This document shows, one piece after another, positions 29,360 to 41,559 of a DNA stretch of 64,000 nt. Both the position numbers and the translations under genes were made by a program. Location: NCBI GenBank assembly GCA_977862235.1, contig OZ374561.1, positions 1,860,001 to 1,924,000 of the forward strand. The letters are read 5' to 3'. Under the pieces are notes generated by a model that was given only the letters and a program-made list of their open reading frames with translations, did no database searches and was not told where the DNA came from. Source of the stretch: Dudresnaya verticillata (lineage: Eukaryota). Numbering within the stretch: the stretch's first letter is position 1; every line of letters begins with the position of its first letter.

Positions 29360-32300
29360 ATGTTGACTGGGAGAGGAGTCCTTCGCCGGGTTCGGCAAAG
29401 GAGGATTATGTCAAAAAATCTGCGCCGTATGCTCAGCTTCAACGGGAACGACAACTCAACATCGCGCCCTCTTCGCATTCCGAACTCTGTTATTTTCTTC
29501 TTGAGTTTGTGTTTTGGGTTCTACGTAGGATTAAAGCTGTCCTTGGCAGCACTGGTCTTGCACTGGACGCTCAAGCGATTTGCTGTCTTCCCGAGGCTCA
29601 AGACTTCTTGGAAGGGATACAGGAATAGAAGGGCCCAGCATGGCCCGACATGGCGTCAGAAATGCTACTATTATGTTGACTACTGGCTTTCTACAAATCC
29701 GTACGTACCGCACATATTCATGATCTCGGTTTTGTTCAACGGCATTTTGATTTCTCTAACAGTATGCTTCTTTATGCACGATTTACGCAGCTACGCCAAA
29801 GCACTTGTTCTGATGGTCTTGACCTGGTGTCTTATTTTGACCTCTGGGACCCTCATCAGTTGGATGGCCTCTGAGCCCTGGGTAGAGTCTCTCTGGGCTG
29901 CCGCGTTAGGGTCTGGTCTTGACTGGGGCTTTATTAACTCTTCTAGCCCTTCACTTCGACTAGTAGCTGTTTGCACGAATGTTGGGGGCCTGGTTCTTAC
30001 AGCTCTTCTTCTGTCAATTATCTCAGACGCAGTTCAGACTAAGTATGACAGTCTCCGAAAAGGAGAGAGCTCTGTTACGGTATGTGTCTAGCTGATATCC
30101 CTTTTTCTGACATACGCCAAATTATCTTCCAAGCATCTTCTTTTAACAACATGATTGTCTGTGACAACTCACCATGGTTATGACTGACAATTTTTATTAC
30201 ACCTCTCTGTATAGGAAACGGGGCACACGTTAATAATAGGATGGTCATTGAAATCCCTTTCGGTGATGATCCAATTGGCAAAAGCTGGAGAGAGCGTTGG
30301 CAGCAACGTTATCGTTTGCTTGTCGGATCAAAGGGAAAAGGAAGATATGGAAAACGATATTGCGCAATGTGACTTCAACTTTGCCAATGTCGGAACAAGG
30401 GTTGTTTGCCGCTCAGGTTCCCCATTATCTCATCATGACTTGCAAAGAGTTTCGTTTTTTAGAGCAAGATCAATAATTATTCTCGGAGACGACGAGCACG
30501 ACGCCGAGACGAACGACGCACGATCGTTACAAATTCTGTTGAGTATTGTTTCAGCCCTCGAAAGGGAAAAAGTTGTTGCTGAAAAGAAGAAAAACTCCAA
30601 AGAATCTGGAGTCAAGGCGCCAACGGAAATCGAGGTTCCTCGTCCAGATCGAGTTGTGATTGAAGTTATGGACACTGAGAATGCAGCAATTATGACCTCT
30701 GTCTGCCCTGAACTAGTGGAACCTGTGTTGGCAAATGATGTTATCGGCAGGCTCATGCTGCAAGCGGCACGTAATCCCTTGGTAGCAGACGTGTGGCAAG
30801 AGCTAGTGCGTTCATATCAGAGCATTTTGCGTTCACAACGTCTATCTTAATCGAGAATACTAACGAGTTCTGCACTCCTTTTTTGTTCAGCTTGGCTTTG
30901 ACGGTTGTGAGACTTACTCCGGCCAATGGGGAATTTTGAGAGGATTGTCGTTCAAGGAGGTTCTTCTCTGGTACGGAACCTGAAATCACTTTGAATGGGA
31001 CAGTGGAGATCCACACCTTGGGAAACACACACTAACGGCAATGGTTCTTGAGCCATCCATTTTTTACTTGAACGTTGTACTGCTATCCGATAACTACATA
31101 GTTTCGAGGATGCTATCCCTCTTGGTACGTTATCCAGTCTTCTAGCCAATTGAGTTGTGGAAAGTTCTACCGGCGCAGCCCCTTGCTAATACTATTCGTA
31201 TGTTCTTTTCAATTTCTCTTTGTTGAATGAAACTGAATCCAGGAGTCAAGACTGCTTCTGGAGCCCTGCTCTTGAACCCATCGGACTCATACGTAATCGG
31301 GGGAGGAGATGAAGTAATTGTACTGGCTGAAGATGACGATTCGTATTACGCATCCATTACGCATACTCTTATTCGTGACGTCGTCACCGACGAGCAGTCT
31401 CGTGTGCGATATGTTGACATTTGTCCTGGAGGCCTAGAGGCCATCAGGAGGTTCTCCAGAAAGTGGTCCAGAAATCCGAACTTGTCGTTTTCTCAGTTCG
31501 GAAGTATTGACACGATGGAACAGGACGTTGAAAGAATTCTTTTCTGTGGATGGCGATTTGATATGGGCAATCTGCTTCAAGTCTACTCTGCAGTGGCTCC
31601 CCCAGGTTCTGAATTTTGGATTCTATCTGAGCGTTCTGTTGAGCAACGAGAAAGTGAGCTGCTACTGCGCGGGTGGGAAAGTAACAGTCGGGTGAGAGTT
31701 ATTCACCGCGTTGGAGCCTGTCGGCGAAATGTTTTGGCTCAGCTTCCGCTTGAAACCTTCTCTAGCGTAATCGTTGGGGCTTCCGAGTCCGGTTTCAGTT
31801 CTTCACAGGTGGCAACTCGTTCAAAAGGCGCCTCCGAGCACTCCAGTGGCAATAAATCTGAAACGGTTGGTGACGCTGACGCAAGGGTCATCACGGTGGT
31901 GATGATGATTCAGGATATCACCAAGCGGAGAAGTCAAGAGTGTGCAGTAGACTTCGAATTTGGCCAGGCTCCTCCTCAATACAGAGATGATTTTCTTTCA
32001 ACACCAGTCACGGGCACTCGGACTCCTGAAACTTGGACGCCTCGAAATGGCAGACGGTGGCAAACAAATGAGGCCTGGAATAACCCACATGGTGCGATGC
32101 TTCGTTCCCCTTCGAATGGGCGCCTTGCCCATGGCTTAAGTCGAGCCCGCAGTCAGCGATTCTTAGGATGCAAGGCGAATATGGAAGTTAACGCTGCTCG
32201 TGGTGTTATCGTGGGGGAGATAGTGGACTCCCGATCTAGAGCTATGCTCTCCGTGGTCAATTCAATCGACGCGGTGGTTGCCAGCAGTGAGCTGATTTCC

Positions 32301-32771
32301 AAAGCAGTTGCAATGGTCTCTGAAGACGGGTCGGTCAATCGGGTCCTCAACACGCTGTTTGATCCCTACGACTCCGAAATTACTCTTGAAAGTGTCGAGG
32401 CTTACGTGGATGTGGCAGGGGAGGAGCGCGTTAGCTTTTTTGAGCTGATGGCACGGGGACGTGAGTTTGGAACGATAGTGTTGGGGTACCTTGAAAGGGA
32501 ACTTGTTGAGGGGCCGGAGGAAGGGAGCACAATAAGGTATACGGATGTGACTCTTAACCCTGCCAAGAAGGATCTCCGGCGCGGTTGGCATCCTGATGAC
32601 CTTCTAATTGTTCTGACTCCTGGAACTCCTGACTCCTCGTCGGCGCCATCAGACTTCGTGCATGATGCTTCCATGGCCAAATCTGGTAACTTGGCGAGAG
32701 ATATGTCGTGGAGTGAAGGTCCAGAATCTTTAAGTCTTGGAAAACGGAGTAAGGTTAGATTTCGCCGGTAA
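29360..32771 (+). CDS. CASTOR/POLLUX/DMI1-family cation channel with RCK domains (6 exons; introns 29701-29790, 30080-30214, 30806-30890, 30971-31101, 31125-31242)
   Basis: YYVDYWLSTNP|YAKAL, GGLVLTALLLSIISDAVQTKYDSLRKGESSVT|ETGHTLIIGWS, VVCRSGSPL...DL.RVS...ARSIIIL, DVIGRLMLQAAR.P..A.VW.EL|LGFDG.E, FEDAIPLGVK...NP.D.Y....DEVIVLAEDDDSY, RILFCGWR.D, SELISKAVAMVSED..VN.VL..LF. Confidence 0.9.
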
Positions 32772-33143
32772 ACATGCGGGGCTTGTCCTTGTGCTGGTTC
32801 TATGCTAAATCTACAGTTACCTGCTAGGGAAGCGTAAACGTGCTAATCTACGGATTGTATTGGTCGTGAGTTATGTCCACGGTACCCGGTGTGCTTCGTC
32901 CAGAGCATGAGGCGGCCCAACACGGTCAAACAATGAAGATTGCACGACGCAATCGGCGAAGCGAACGATCTCGTACTTCACGTGCATAGAGAGAAACCAT
33001 CAAATGTACATGTCCCCTCTGCGGGATAAGAACACAAGCCACACGAGAGGCATTTGTGACTTTGAGACTTGTCATAAAAAGTGGTGGCAGGATCTTTGAA
33101 AGCAGTAAGGCCAAGAGAATTAGGAGCAAAGTTAAACCCAAAC

Positions 33144-35138
33144 TCATTGCTGAGATGCCCTCTTCGCCGAGTAGTAGGCAATCAACTCATCAAAACGCTG
33201 TTGACAGTGCTGCGGTGTTCGCCCAACAGCTATGGATACTTTCTTCCATCGCCCTTCGTCACTCTTAGGATACTTCTTCAGTGCGTCTTCAAAAAGAGAT
33301 TGTTGCTTCGGGGTAAAGCCGAATTTGTTTGGAGGCTGCGCAGATGCAACAGACAAACGGGCACCTGATGACTTGCTCGGGGCATGCTGGGGTACGACGG
33401 GCTTTCCTTTCTTTTTCTCCTGGAACCTCTTGAATGCGTTCGAATCCGATTCCGGCTTCACCGGCTGCAACTTTGACCCTGGCTTGATCTTAGAGGGTCT
33501 GCTCTCATTTACCTTACGAAGAACTTCGTCAGCCGTCCTCGTTCCAATGTATTCGGCCAGTCGGTTCCATCGGTCCCTCGTGCCACCCGGAAACTTGGAA
33601 ACACCCTTCGACAGGAGTGAAAGCTCTTCCTGCGTCCATAGCAGGTCTTCGCGCTTGCGGGGTTCAGAAACGTGCCCATTTGCTATGTGATCGCTGTTGC
33701 CGTTCGGCAGCGGCTCTGCCGCTTGCTGACTTGACCCACTAGACTCCTTATTTGTAGGGCTGCTTGCTGCTTCCTTGTTATTGCCAGTAGTTCTGCTGAT
33801 CTTTTCGCTACTGACAGGCTCCTCTGGAGCAGATAACGCTGCACTCAGAATCGCAATCGCGCCATCGGCAATGTCTTTGTGATTGCCCGAAAGGGAGGAC
33901 AGGGCTTCTGTAACAGTTTCTATACTGTCAACAGTGCCTCTTGCACACATGTCCTCCACTGCTATCAAGTGCTTCTCGGATTCCATTATCTGTAGCTCAC
34001 GCCCAACACCGCGAAGCTTCTGACGAGCTTTCCGCACTTTCTGCCTCTGCAAATCTTTTTTCTTTTTCGCCTCAGCCCTCTTGACTTTGTCCTCTGCAGC
34101 TTTTCTTTCCGCCTCCTGTCGGTCCTTCTCCTCTTTCTCCTTTGCTAGCTTGGAAGCTTCCTCCACATTCCGCTTGCGCTCCTCTTTCTGTGCATCCTTC
34201 TTCGCCTTGACCGCCCTTTTAGCGCGAACAATTCTGGGGTCGTGCTTGTATGCCAGGTCGACAAGCTTGCGAATCCTAGAATTTTCCTCTAGCTTTTTCA
34301 CTTTGACATCTTTTGCGTTTTGTCTCTCCATCCAGCGCTTCTCCTCTCGACACTCAGCCTGGTCTACATCATACTCGAGGTCAAACGAGAAATCCCTCCA
34401 AGACTTGAAGGAGTACCAGAAATCGTAAAAGCGATGGACAGCATCCAGGTCGGTGATATCATCACCCAACTCTGGGACGCGGTCTGAAACTGACCAGCGT
34501 GCATTGAGGGAGAAACATTCGCCGAACTTTTCGTAAAATCGGGCTGGTGAGGAGGTGGCATCTTTCTCGGATGGAATGGAATCGTCGACATCATCAATAG
34601 AGTCGTACGCAGCACGTTTCTTTTTGTCGGAGAGAATGTCGTAGGCTTTCTTGACAGCCTTGAAATGAGCCTCTGAGTTAGTGCGGGCCTCGTCGCCATG
34701 ATGCGAGATCTTATCTGGGTGGTAGATTAGACTGATGCGACGGAAGCTCTTCTTGATGTCATCGGCAGTTGCATGCCATCTCTTGTCTCCCAGTTCGAGA
34801 AGCTCGTACAGGTCCTCGCTTCCGATAGCCATCTTGGACTTGAGGCTTTTCGCGGCATCGTCGGCGTGAGTGCGTGACGCGGAGCCGTTGGCGGCGGAGT
34901 CAGTGGCAGTGTCCGGCTTGTCCGACTCGGACCCAGACGAGGTTGAGCCATCGTCGCTCAGACGACCGTAGGTGCGGATGAGCTGCTGCTGGTAAGAGTG
35001 GCCCGCGTGCTCGATGGGCTTGCGGAAGGGGCTGGCAGGGGAGGAGACGACGAGCCCGCCAGTCTCGGGGAGGTCACCGGTGGCGGGAGGGAGGCAGAGC
35101 ACCGGATGCTGCACGAAGAAGCCACCAGCGCGTGCCAT
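33144..35138 (-). CDS. DNAJC2: DNAJC2/MPP11/zuotin-related ribosome-associated J-protein with two SANT/Myb domains
   Basis: J domain with HPDK, zuotin region FYDFWYSFKSWRDF..AECREEKRWMERQN..DPRI, coiled coil, SANT WTQEELSLL.K...KFPGGT..RW and a second SANT (RW..VS.AVG). Confidence 0.95.
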   Translation of the reverse strand: MARAGGFFVQHPVLCLPPATGDLPETGGLVVSSPASPFRKPIEHAGHSYQQQLIRTYGRLSDDGSTSSGSESDKPDTATDSAANGSASRTHADDAAKSLKSKMAIGSEDLYELLELGDKRWHATADDIKKSFRRISLIYHPDKISHHGDEARTNSEAHFKAVKKAYDILSDKKKRAAYDSIDDVDDSIPSEKDATSSPARFYEKFGECFSLNARWSVSDRVPELGDDITDLDAVHRFYDFWYSFKSWRDFSFDLEYDVDQAECREEKRWMERQNAKDVKVKKLEENSRIRKLVDLAYKHDPRIVRAKRAVKAKKDAQKEERKRNVEEASKLAKEKEEKDRQEAERKAAEDKVKRAEAKKKKDLQRQKVRKARQKLRGVGRELQIMESEKHLIAVEDMCARGTVDSIETVTEALSSLSGNHKDIADGAIAILSAALSAPEEPVSSEKISRTTGNNKEAASSPTNKESSGSSQQAAEPLPNGNSDHIANGHVSEPRKREDLLWTQEELSLLSKGVSKFPGGTRDRWNRLAEYIGTRTADEVLRKVNESRPSKIKPGSKLQPVKPESDSNAFKRFQEKKKGKPVVPQHAPSKSSGARLSVASAQPPNKFGFTPKQQSLFEDALKKYPKSDEGRWKKVSIAVGRTPQHCQQRFDELIAYYSAKRASQQ

Positions 35139-36832
35139 GGCGGCGGGGGAGGGTCGGGTGGGCGGGGGAAGGGGACTCCCTTAGGGGAGGGAAGTTACAG
35201 GGGAGGGGGCCGGGGCGCGGGCAGGGCCGGGGCGTGGGCGCAGACGCGGGCGCGGGCGCGGGCGCGGGTGAAGTGAGGCGCGGTGAGCGGGCGTCGGCGG
35301 CGGCGGCGGTGGCGGCGGCGGCGGCGGCAGGGTGGGGCAGGCGGCATGAAATAGGGGCATGGGCGGGAGAATTTAGAAGGCTGCGCCGTGCTGGCGTGCG
35401 TGGCAGCTGCCGATGACGGGTGCTGCCGGCACGTGCATCGCTGCGGGGGCTCGTGCGGCCGTTCTTTTGCGCGAAAAGACGCTTGCCGCTGGCGCGCCAA
35501 TCGCAGGCGTGGTGTGCCCAGTTGGCGCGTGACAGGTGGCGCGGAGGCGGGTCGACCTCCGTTTTCAACGAGATCACCATCTCACAGGATCAGTCGTTTC
35601 TGACACTTGGCTGCCCCTTGTTGGATGCTAGTGAGCGTGCTTCGCTTTTCATTGGGTGAACTGCGATTCAAGCCCCTGCATGAGCCCTCACTAGCTTTTC
35701 AAGGAGCTCCTTTGCAGCGCCATGGTGTTGGCGCCCGACCACCCCCTGCAGGGCAAACTTTAAGGTTGACCTCTCTCTGCCGCGGTGTTGAGTTGATGCC
35801 TAATCTCTCAACGGGTTCTGCGCAGTTCTTAACGGCTGCAATCCTTAACAGAAACGAGACGAACATTTCCAAAACGAACGCTTCAGCTGTAGACAAACAT
35901 AGCAATCAACCATCATGACGTTTACGGCGTTGTAGCAGAACTCTTCTCTGCGATCCTGCCCGGTCTACCGTTGATGGTCCTGCCGCCACTTGCCCATCTG
36001 CTGGCGCATGCACCACAAAGGGGTTGCTGACTAGTGCCACTTGAAATGCCTCTGGATGCTCGACTAGGAAACTGCCACCTTTGTATTATAGGTGCTACTG
36101 GAATGTTCCCGGTCGTATAAGTGTGCAAACTCTACTTTGAACCCATGAAGACTGTCCATCTTATAGTGACAACCCCTTATTGTTGAACGCGCTGCTTTCC
36201 CAGCTCAATGTAGAGCATATCTTGCATCATCTTCACCCTCACAGCGCACGTGTACCAAATAGATACTCCAGAACAAAGGACCTGCTATGCCAGCTGCTGA
36301 TGTGAAGAGGGGCACGCGAAGCAAAAATGCCACACTATTTCGTGCAAGAATCTTCTCCAAATCTCGCGACGCAACTGCCACACACACACACTGCTCTGCG
36401 TGCAGTGGGCAGTAGTGTACCGTCTAGGTAGTCGCGAGAATGCGAGAAACACAGTTGCCACATTTTTTTTGCCTTACGATGGCACGCACTGCAGAGAGGC
36501 CAATCGAAAATCGTAGAGCCCTTACCGATTCCATGTTCGAATGTCTCTTTCCGCATGCCTTTCTAGAAAAAGGGACCCACTCCTCATTCAAATCTGACCA
36601 CTGATACGCACAGAGCTCCTCCTGAACTCTATCCTTGCAGATCACCTGCCTTTGAAAGGCAAACGTTCACTCCCATTCGTTGTGCAGTTGGTCCTGGTTT
36701 CGTTCAGTGGCGTTAGAAAGTTTCCGATCGTCTCAATTCCCAGGAGGCCGCTTAGTTCTGGCGGAGGCACGGGTGCAGCTTAAACCCCAACGAAGCAGCA
36801 GAGGGCCAAACGGAGCACAAGGCGTCTGCAGC

Positions 36833-38283
36833 ATGGCTTCAATGCTCCTGTCGTCAGCGAGGAGAGTGCTGCCTGCCACAAATATGTCTGCTCAAGCTGC
36901 CGCCGCCACACCTGCGACGAACGAAGCAGGACGGCATCTAGCTCCAAATGGGGTCATTATCGTCACCAACGTAGAGCTATTAACCTTGGGCTTCTCGGTG
37001 CTTTTCGTGTTGGTGGTAAGCAACCGACTCGAACTGCAAATTGACAAGCAACTCACTGTCGGGGCCGTGCGATGCTTGGTGCAGTTGACAGCCCTAGGGC
37101 TGGTGCTAGTGCCAATCCTGACCTACAATTACCCCCCTCTTGTCCTAGGCTACATAATTGTCATGATGTTTGTCGCGGCGGTCGAAGCTGCTGCTCGTCC
37201 GCCGTATGTTTTTGACTCCCTTGTGCTTGTCTGCTTCATGTCCATCACCATGGCCGTTGGTCTTTTCGGAACCTTCACGTTTTATGTCGTGATCAGAACC
37301 GGGCTGGACGCCCAATATGTCATCCCCATCACTGGCATGATCACCGGCAGCGCCATGTCAGCCGTCAGCGTCGCTGTCTCAAACATCGTCACGGAGTTCG
37401 CGGAGCGGCGGCACAACATGGAGGTGCTTCTTGCGCTTGGTGGCAACAGATGGGAGGCATCAATCGATATCATTAGGGCAAGCATCAAACTTGGCTTAAC
37501 CCCGACGCTCAACCAGCTTAGCGTCACTGGGTTGGTGGCAATTCCAGGTAAGCTGCACAATTAATGGGCCTTTTTCGATTGTCGCGTTGCTGAATCTATG
37601 CAATCCAACAACATTTCGTAAACAAAGCGAAGATGTCATTGCCGTTCTAACACCCTGCACTTGGAATGATACACAGGCATGATGACTGGTCAGGTAAGTC
37701 TTCTACACTTTCACAAAGCCCGACCCTGTTGATGAAGTATGAACCGCTCGGTCGTGACGTATAGAACACATACCGTTGCCGATTGCGGCCCTCATCGGTT
37801 TCCTCGCTAACTTCCAAAGCTGCTTACTTGGTTGGAATGATTCCCGAACAATAATTATGTTTCTTTTTCTGCTATCTACAGATTATTGGAGGGACTCCTC
37901 CTAGCCTAGCGGCCAAGTACCAGCTCGTCATCATGTACGTTAACGCAGGTACTGCTACTATTGCCACACTGGCCGCGTCACTGCTAACAATCAACGCCCT
38001 TATTGATTCTGAATACAGAATCAGGGCAGAAAAGCTATCGCCAAGGGATCAAGTCAACCGTGTGGAATCCTTGATCAAAACTTATCGCTACGTTTCGTCC
38101 CGTTGGGTGCAGTGGAGAGAGCAGGTTAACCAAAGGCAGTCCCCTTTTCCATCATACGTCAACGAACCTCTTCCGGAAACTTCGACCTCAGCATTAATGA
38201 CGGAGCCTCCATCGAAACCTGGAAATACCGCGGCAGGATACGCCGCCGTGTCCTCAAGCCAAACCAACGAAGAAGACAACTAA
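36833..38283 (+). CDS. UPF0014 family ABC-type permease (STAR2/ALS3/YbbM-FetB-like), 3 exons including a 17-nt micro-exon at 37677-37693
   Basis: AVRCLVQL..LG.VL, QYVIPITGMITG.AM, EVLLALGG...EA, LTPTLNQLSVTGLVAIP|GMMTGQ|IIGG..P..AAKYQLVIMY. Introns are GT-AG with CTAAC. Confidence 0.9.
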
Positions 38284-38547
38284 GTGAGAATAAAAATTAC
38301 AGAAGGTCCCAACTACCCATTCTCTTGGCTCTGGGCATTTTCAAACGGAACCATCACTCCACCTTGCCGCACATACATTGACGGCCCATGTCCGTTCTAA
38401 CCGGCGCACAAGTCCTTCCTTATGATACCAAACAACGCGATGAGAGCATGCCTTGATTCTCGTTCTCCCGATCCCAAAACCACACCAAAGTAGTACTTGG
38501 TAGAGCATTGCATGTACACCGAAACTGCCCGCCCACCTCCGAAGCTA

Positions 38548-39717
38548 TCAAGGCCATGTGCTTTGTGCATTGCCCCGAGGGGAAGACATGGGTGATATGG
38601 GTAGCATGGGTTCATAACCTGCTTCAGACGTATTCTTTGGTCTTGTTGACGGCGTAGCCACCTTTTCACTCGATTCCGTCCGCGAGGAAGCATTTGCACT
38701 TCTGCTTACCAAGCAGACTCCACTCATTGTTGAACAGATCCCCATGAAAAACGGGATGTTGCCAACCGTTAATGCATCAAACTCCCGGTACATGATCACG
38801 CCAGAGGTCATGGCGCACGTTGTGAACAGAACATAGTACACTGGAATGACCTGCGCATTTCCAAACTGCGCCATGGCCATGTTGAGATACCGCAACTGTG
38901 CAAGGATAGCAATTGCTAGTATCACGCCCAACGCAAAAGGGAGCCAGTCACCAAACTGTGAGTTGCCCTCAAACGTCAAGCGCAGGAAGGTACTTAGCGC
39001 TTTCGCACATACGACGGTAACGCCTCCTAGTAACGAGCTAACCCCAACGTAGATGAAAATGAAACGCTGTCCCAGCGTAGTCCGATGCGAGAGGTAGACA
39101 AGCACGGCAGTTGCAGTGAGTGTGAGAACAATGAAGATGACAAAAGGCAGACGAACAAGCAGCCTGAACACGGTGTCGGCGTCGAGAGCGGCTTCGGACG
39201 CTGACACGTCCGGTCCGGCGGCGCCGATCAGAAAGGCGCCGGTAACACACAGAGCTATGCCGAGCAAATTTCGGTTGGAGACATGCTCATGCAGGAAGAC
39301 GTGGGCGAGGATGGCAGACAGGACGACACTCCAGGCACCCAGGGGGGCGACGAGCGAGGCAGGAGCAAAGCCGAAAGCGGCGAAATTGCCGACCTCGCCT
39401 GCGGCCATAAGGAACGTACCCATCCACCACGTGGGGTTGCGCAAGAAGTGCAGACTAGTGGGCGCGCGTGGTGCTGAGTCGGACAAGTTGTTCTCTGAGC
39501 GCGGGCTGCTCGGTGGGCGGTATTCCAGTTCGGGCGAGGCCTCACCCGTCTCGCACTTGTCCGAGAGGTCGGGTGAGGATGGGGCGTCGGCAATGGTGTT
39601 GTGCGCGCTCTTCTGCAGCGTGAGCGAGCAAGCGATGAGCGTGTTGCCGCAGATGGCCAGCAGGAAGCCGATCATCTTGCCCGTGCCGACCGAGACCTGG
39701 CCGGCCCGGACGTCCAT
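38548..39717 (-). CDS. NIPA-family magnesium transporter (DMT superfamily)
   Basis: GN..IA.SL.LQK, LRNPTWWMG..LM..GEVGNFAAFGFAPASLVAPLG, QLRYLN.AM..F....VIPVYYVLFTT. The likely start is MDVRAGQ at 39717. Confidence 0.93.
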   Translation of the reverse strand: MDVRAGQVSVGTGKMIGFLLAICGNTLIACSLTLQKSAHNTIADAPSSPDLSDKCETGEASPELEYRPPSSPRSENNLSDSAPRAPTSLHFLRNPTWWMGTFLMAAGEVGNFAAFGFAPASLVAPLGAWSVVLSAILAHVFLHEHVSNRNLLGIALCVTGAFLIGAAGPDVSASEAALDADTVFRLLVRLPFVIFIVLTLTATAVLVYLSHRTTLGQRFIFIYVGVSSLLGGVTVVCAKALSTFLRLTFEGNSQFGDWLPFALGVILAIAILAQLRYLNMAMAQFGNAQVIPVYYVLFTTCAMTSGVIMYREFDALTVGNIPFFMGICSTMSGVCLVSRSANASSRTESSEKVATPSTRPKNTSEAGYEPMLPISPMSSPRGNAQSTWP

Positions 39718-41559
39718 GGCGGTGGGCCTTTGGCGCTTGGGCGAGGGCTCCCCGCGCGCGGGGGCTGGGGGCCGGAGGGGCTCGGGGGTTGGTGTACGTG
39801 GGGGCTCACCGGCGTGTGACCGCGGAGGAGACGGGAGGTGGGCGGACCTGGATGGCAAGGCGGGCGCGGAGTGGCGGAGTGCGGGCAGCCGGCGGCAGGC
39901 GGCAGGCGGGAAGTGCCGCGGGTTAGCAGAAGGCGGGGCGCGAGGTGGGGCGGGGTGAAAGCGGATGGTACGGCAAGGTGGTGGCGGGGGGGCGGCAGAG
40001 CATGGCGACGTGGGCACGCCCGGGATGAGATTTTGGGACGGGTGTCGGGGGCGGAACAGCGTGGCATGCACATATGTGCAAGGAGCTGCAACTGGCTTCA
40101 GAATGGCGGGCAGCTGTGTGCAGAGCGCCGCACACGGCCGCTCCAAACGTTACATTTACAGCATGCGCTCCAGGAAGGACTTGCTATGCGCTATTCTATA
40201 TATGACGCACCCCGCCTTTAACATCTACAAGACGTCACGAAAATACTTTGGGTACTCTTCCGCCCAATTTAATGCTAAAAACAACTCTGTTCCCCCTTTG
40301 CGTTGCAAAAAGGAGCCAGTCATGTTCCCCACAGCCCATATGATGCACGCGCCTTGCTGGACACATTCGCAAGGCGATTTCCTACTCTTTCCTCTTTGCC
40401 TTCGCCCCGGAGACACGTGCCTGCTCTCCATTGGCCTGAAGAGAAGACCTCTATTTTACCCGTTGTCTAGAGCATTGTCCGCCGAGCCCCTGCGGTTACC
40501 ACCTTCGGGCAGGGCTGGAGCCGCGTGTCTCAGTCCGTCGGGCAACTCTCTTCTCTGCAATACTCATTGTCTGGGCCACTAAAGCTACCTGCAACAAAAG
40601 CGTCGAACAATGCTTGACTTGCATACCTCATCTATCTTCTGCAGAATTAGATACCGTCGGCCGTACAACAGCCAAGGGAGTACAGTGGTTTCCACATGGA
40701 AATGCAGCAGCAACACGCTCCACGGCTCATTGGGGCTCATTTTGCGGCACAGCAGTCACCTCTGCATGGCTTCAAGCGATTGTTGTGTGTCTTGGCGCTC
40801 CACTTCGGCCTCGCTGCGAAGACAAATGAGCTTTGGCCTTTCTCAGTCAACAATCAATAAAAACCTTCGATCAGAGCGTTGATCACGGCCATCTCAGCGT
40901 CGCCAATCTTTGCCTGGCTGGATTCCGGCCGAGAAAAAAATTCTTCAGATTCCTTCCTCATGCAACCTCCGCCTCAAGCTGTCGTCACCGTTGGTCAAGG
41001 CGCATTTAATACGCATCGACGCAGGCGTACGGCGCCTGAAAAGAAATCTCGCAGTGTAATTGCACCCCGGCACCGCCTTGAAATTTCACTGCTCTTTTTG
41101 AACCTTACACTTTAGTGCTGCGTTCAAAAAAGAATAAAACTTGGCTGCCACTTCCCAGCTTCCACCGAAGAAACATGCCATAGTTGCTTACACGTGTTAG
41201 ATAAAAGCACTACTTCTGTAATGAACGTTGCACCACTGTAAGACAAGGATGATTGCGAATAAGGCCCGACTACAGTAACACTTGTCACCCGCGGCTCGGC
41301 TTCGACTTGAGAGCGCTTCCGCTGCGTTCCGCGAAGTCCCGTCCGTGTTGATCCTCTCCTCGCGTTGGGCGGGAAGAACTATCTGGCACCGCTGTCCTCA
41401 GCAGGCAAGTCCTCTCCCTGCTTGCCGCCTTGCACTCATATGAAGCCGTCGGCATTATTTGCAAAGGTTCAATGTCCAGGCACCCTCCTGACTGGCCGCG
41501 TACACCTTCTGCCTCCTTCACCCTATTTTGTTCTTCCAGTCCTGTGACGCCGCATCGAC

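Noticed and set aside
39718..40146. Long Pro/Arg-rich N-terminal ORF extensions (NIPA here; likewise CYP38, KEA, ferredoxin, AK6 and RIO1)
   Set aside because: These are stop-free GC-rich 5' regions, and downstream ATGs give family-typical or transit-peptide starts.
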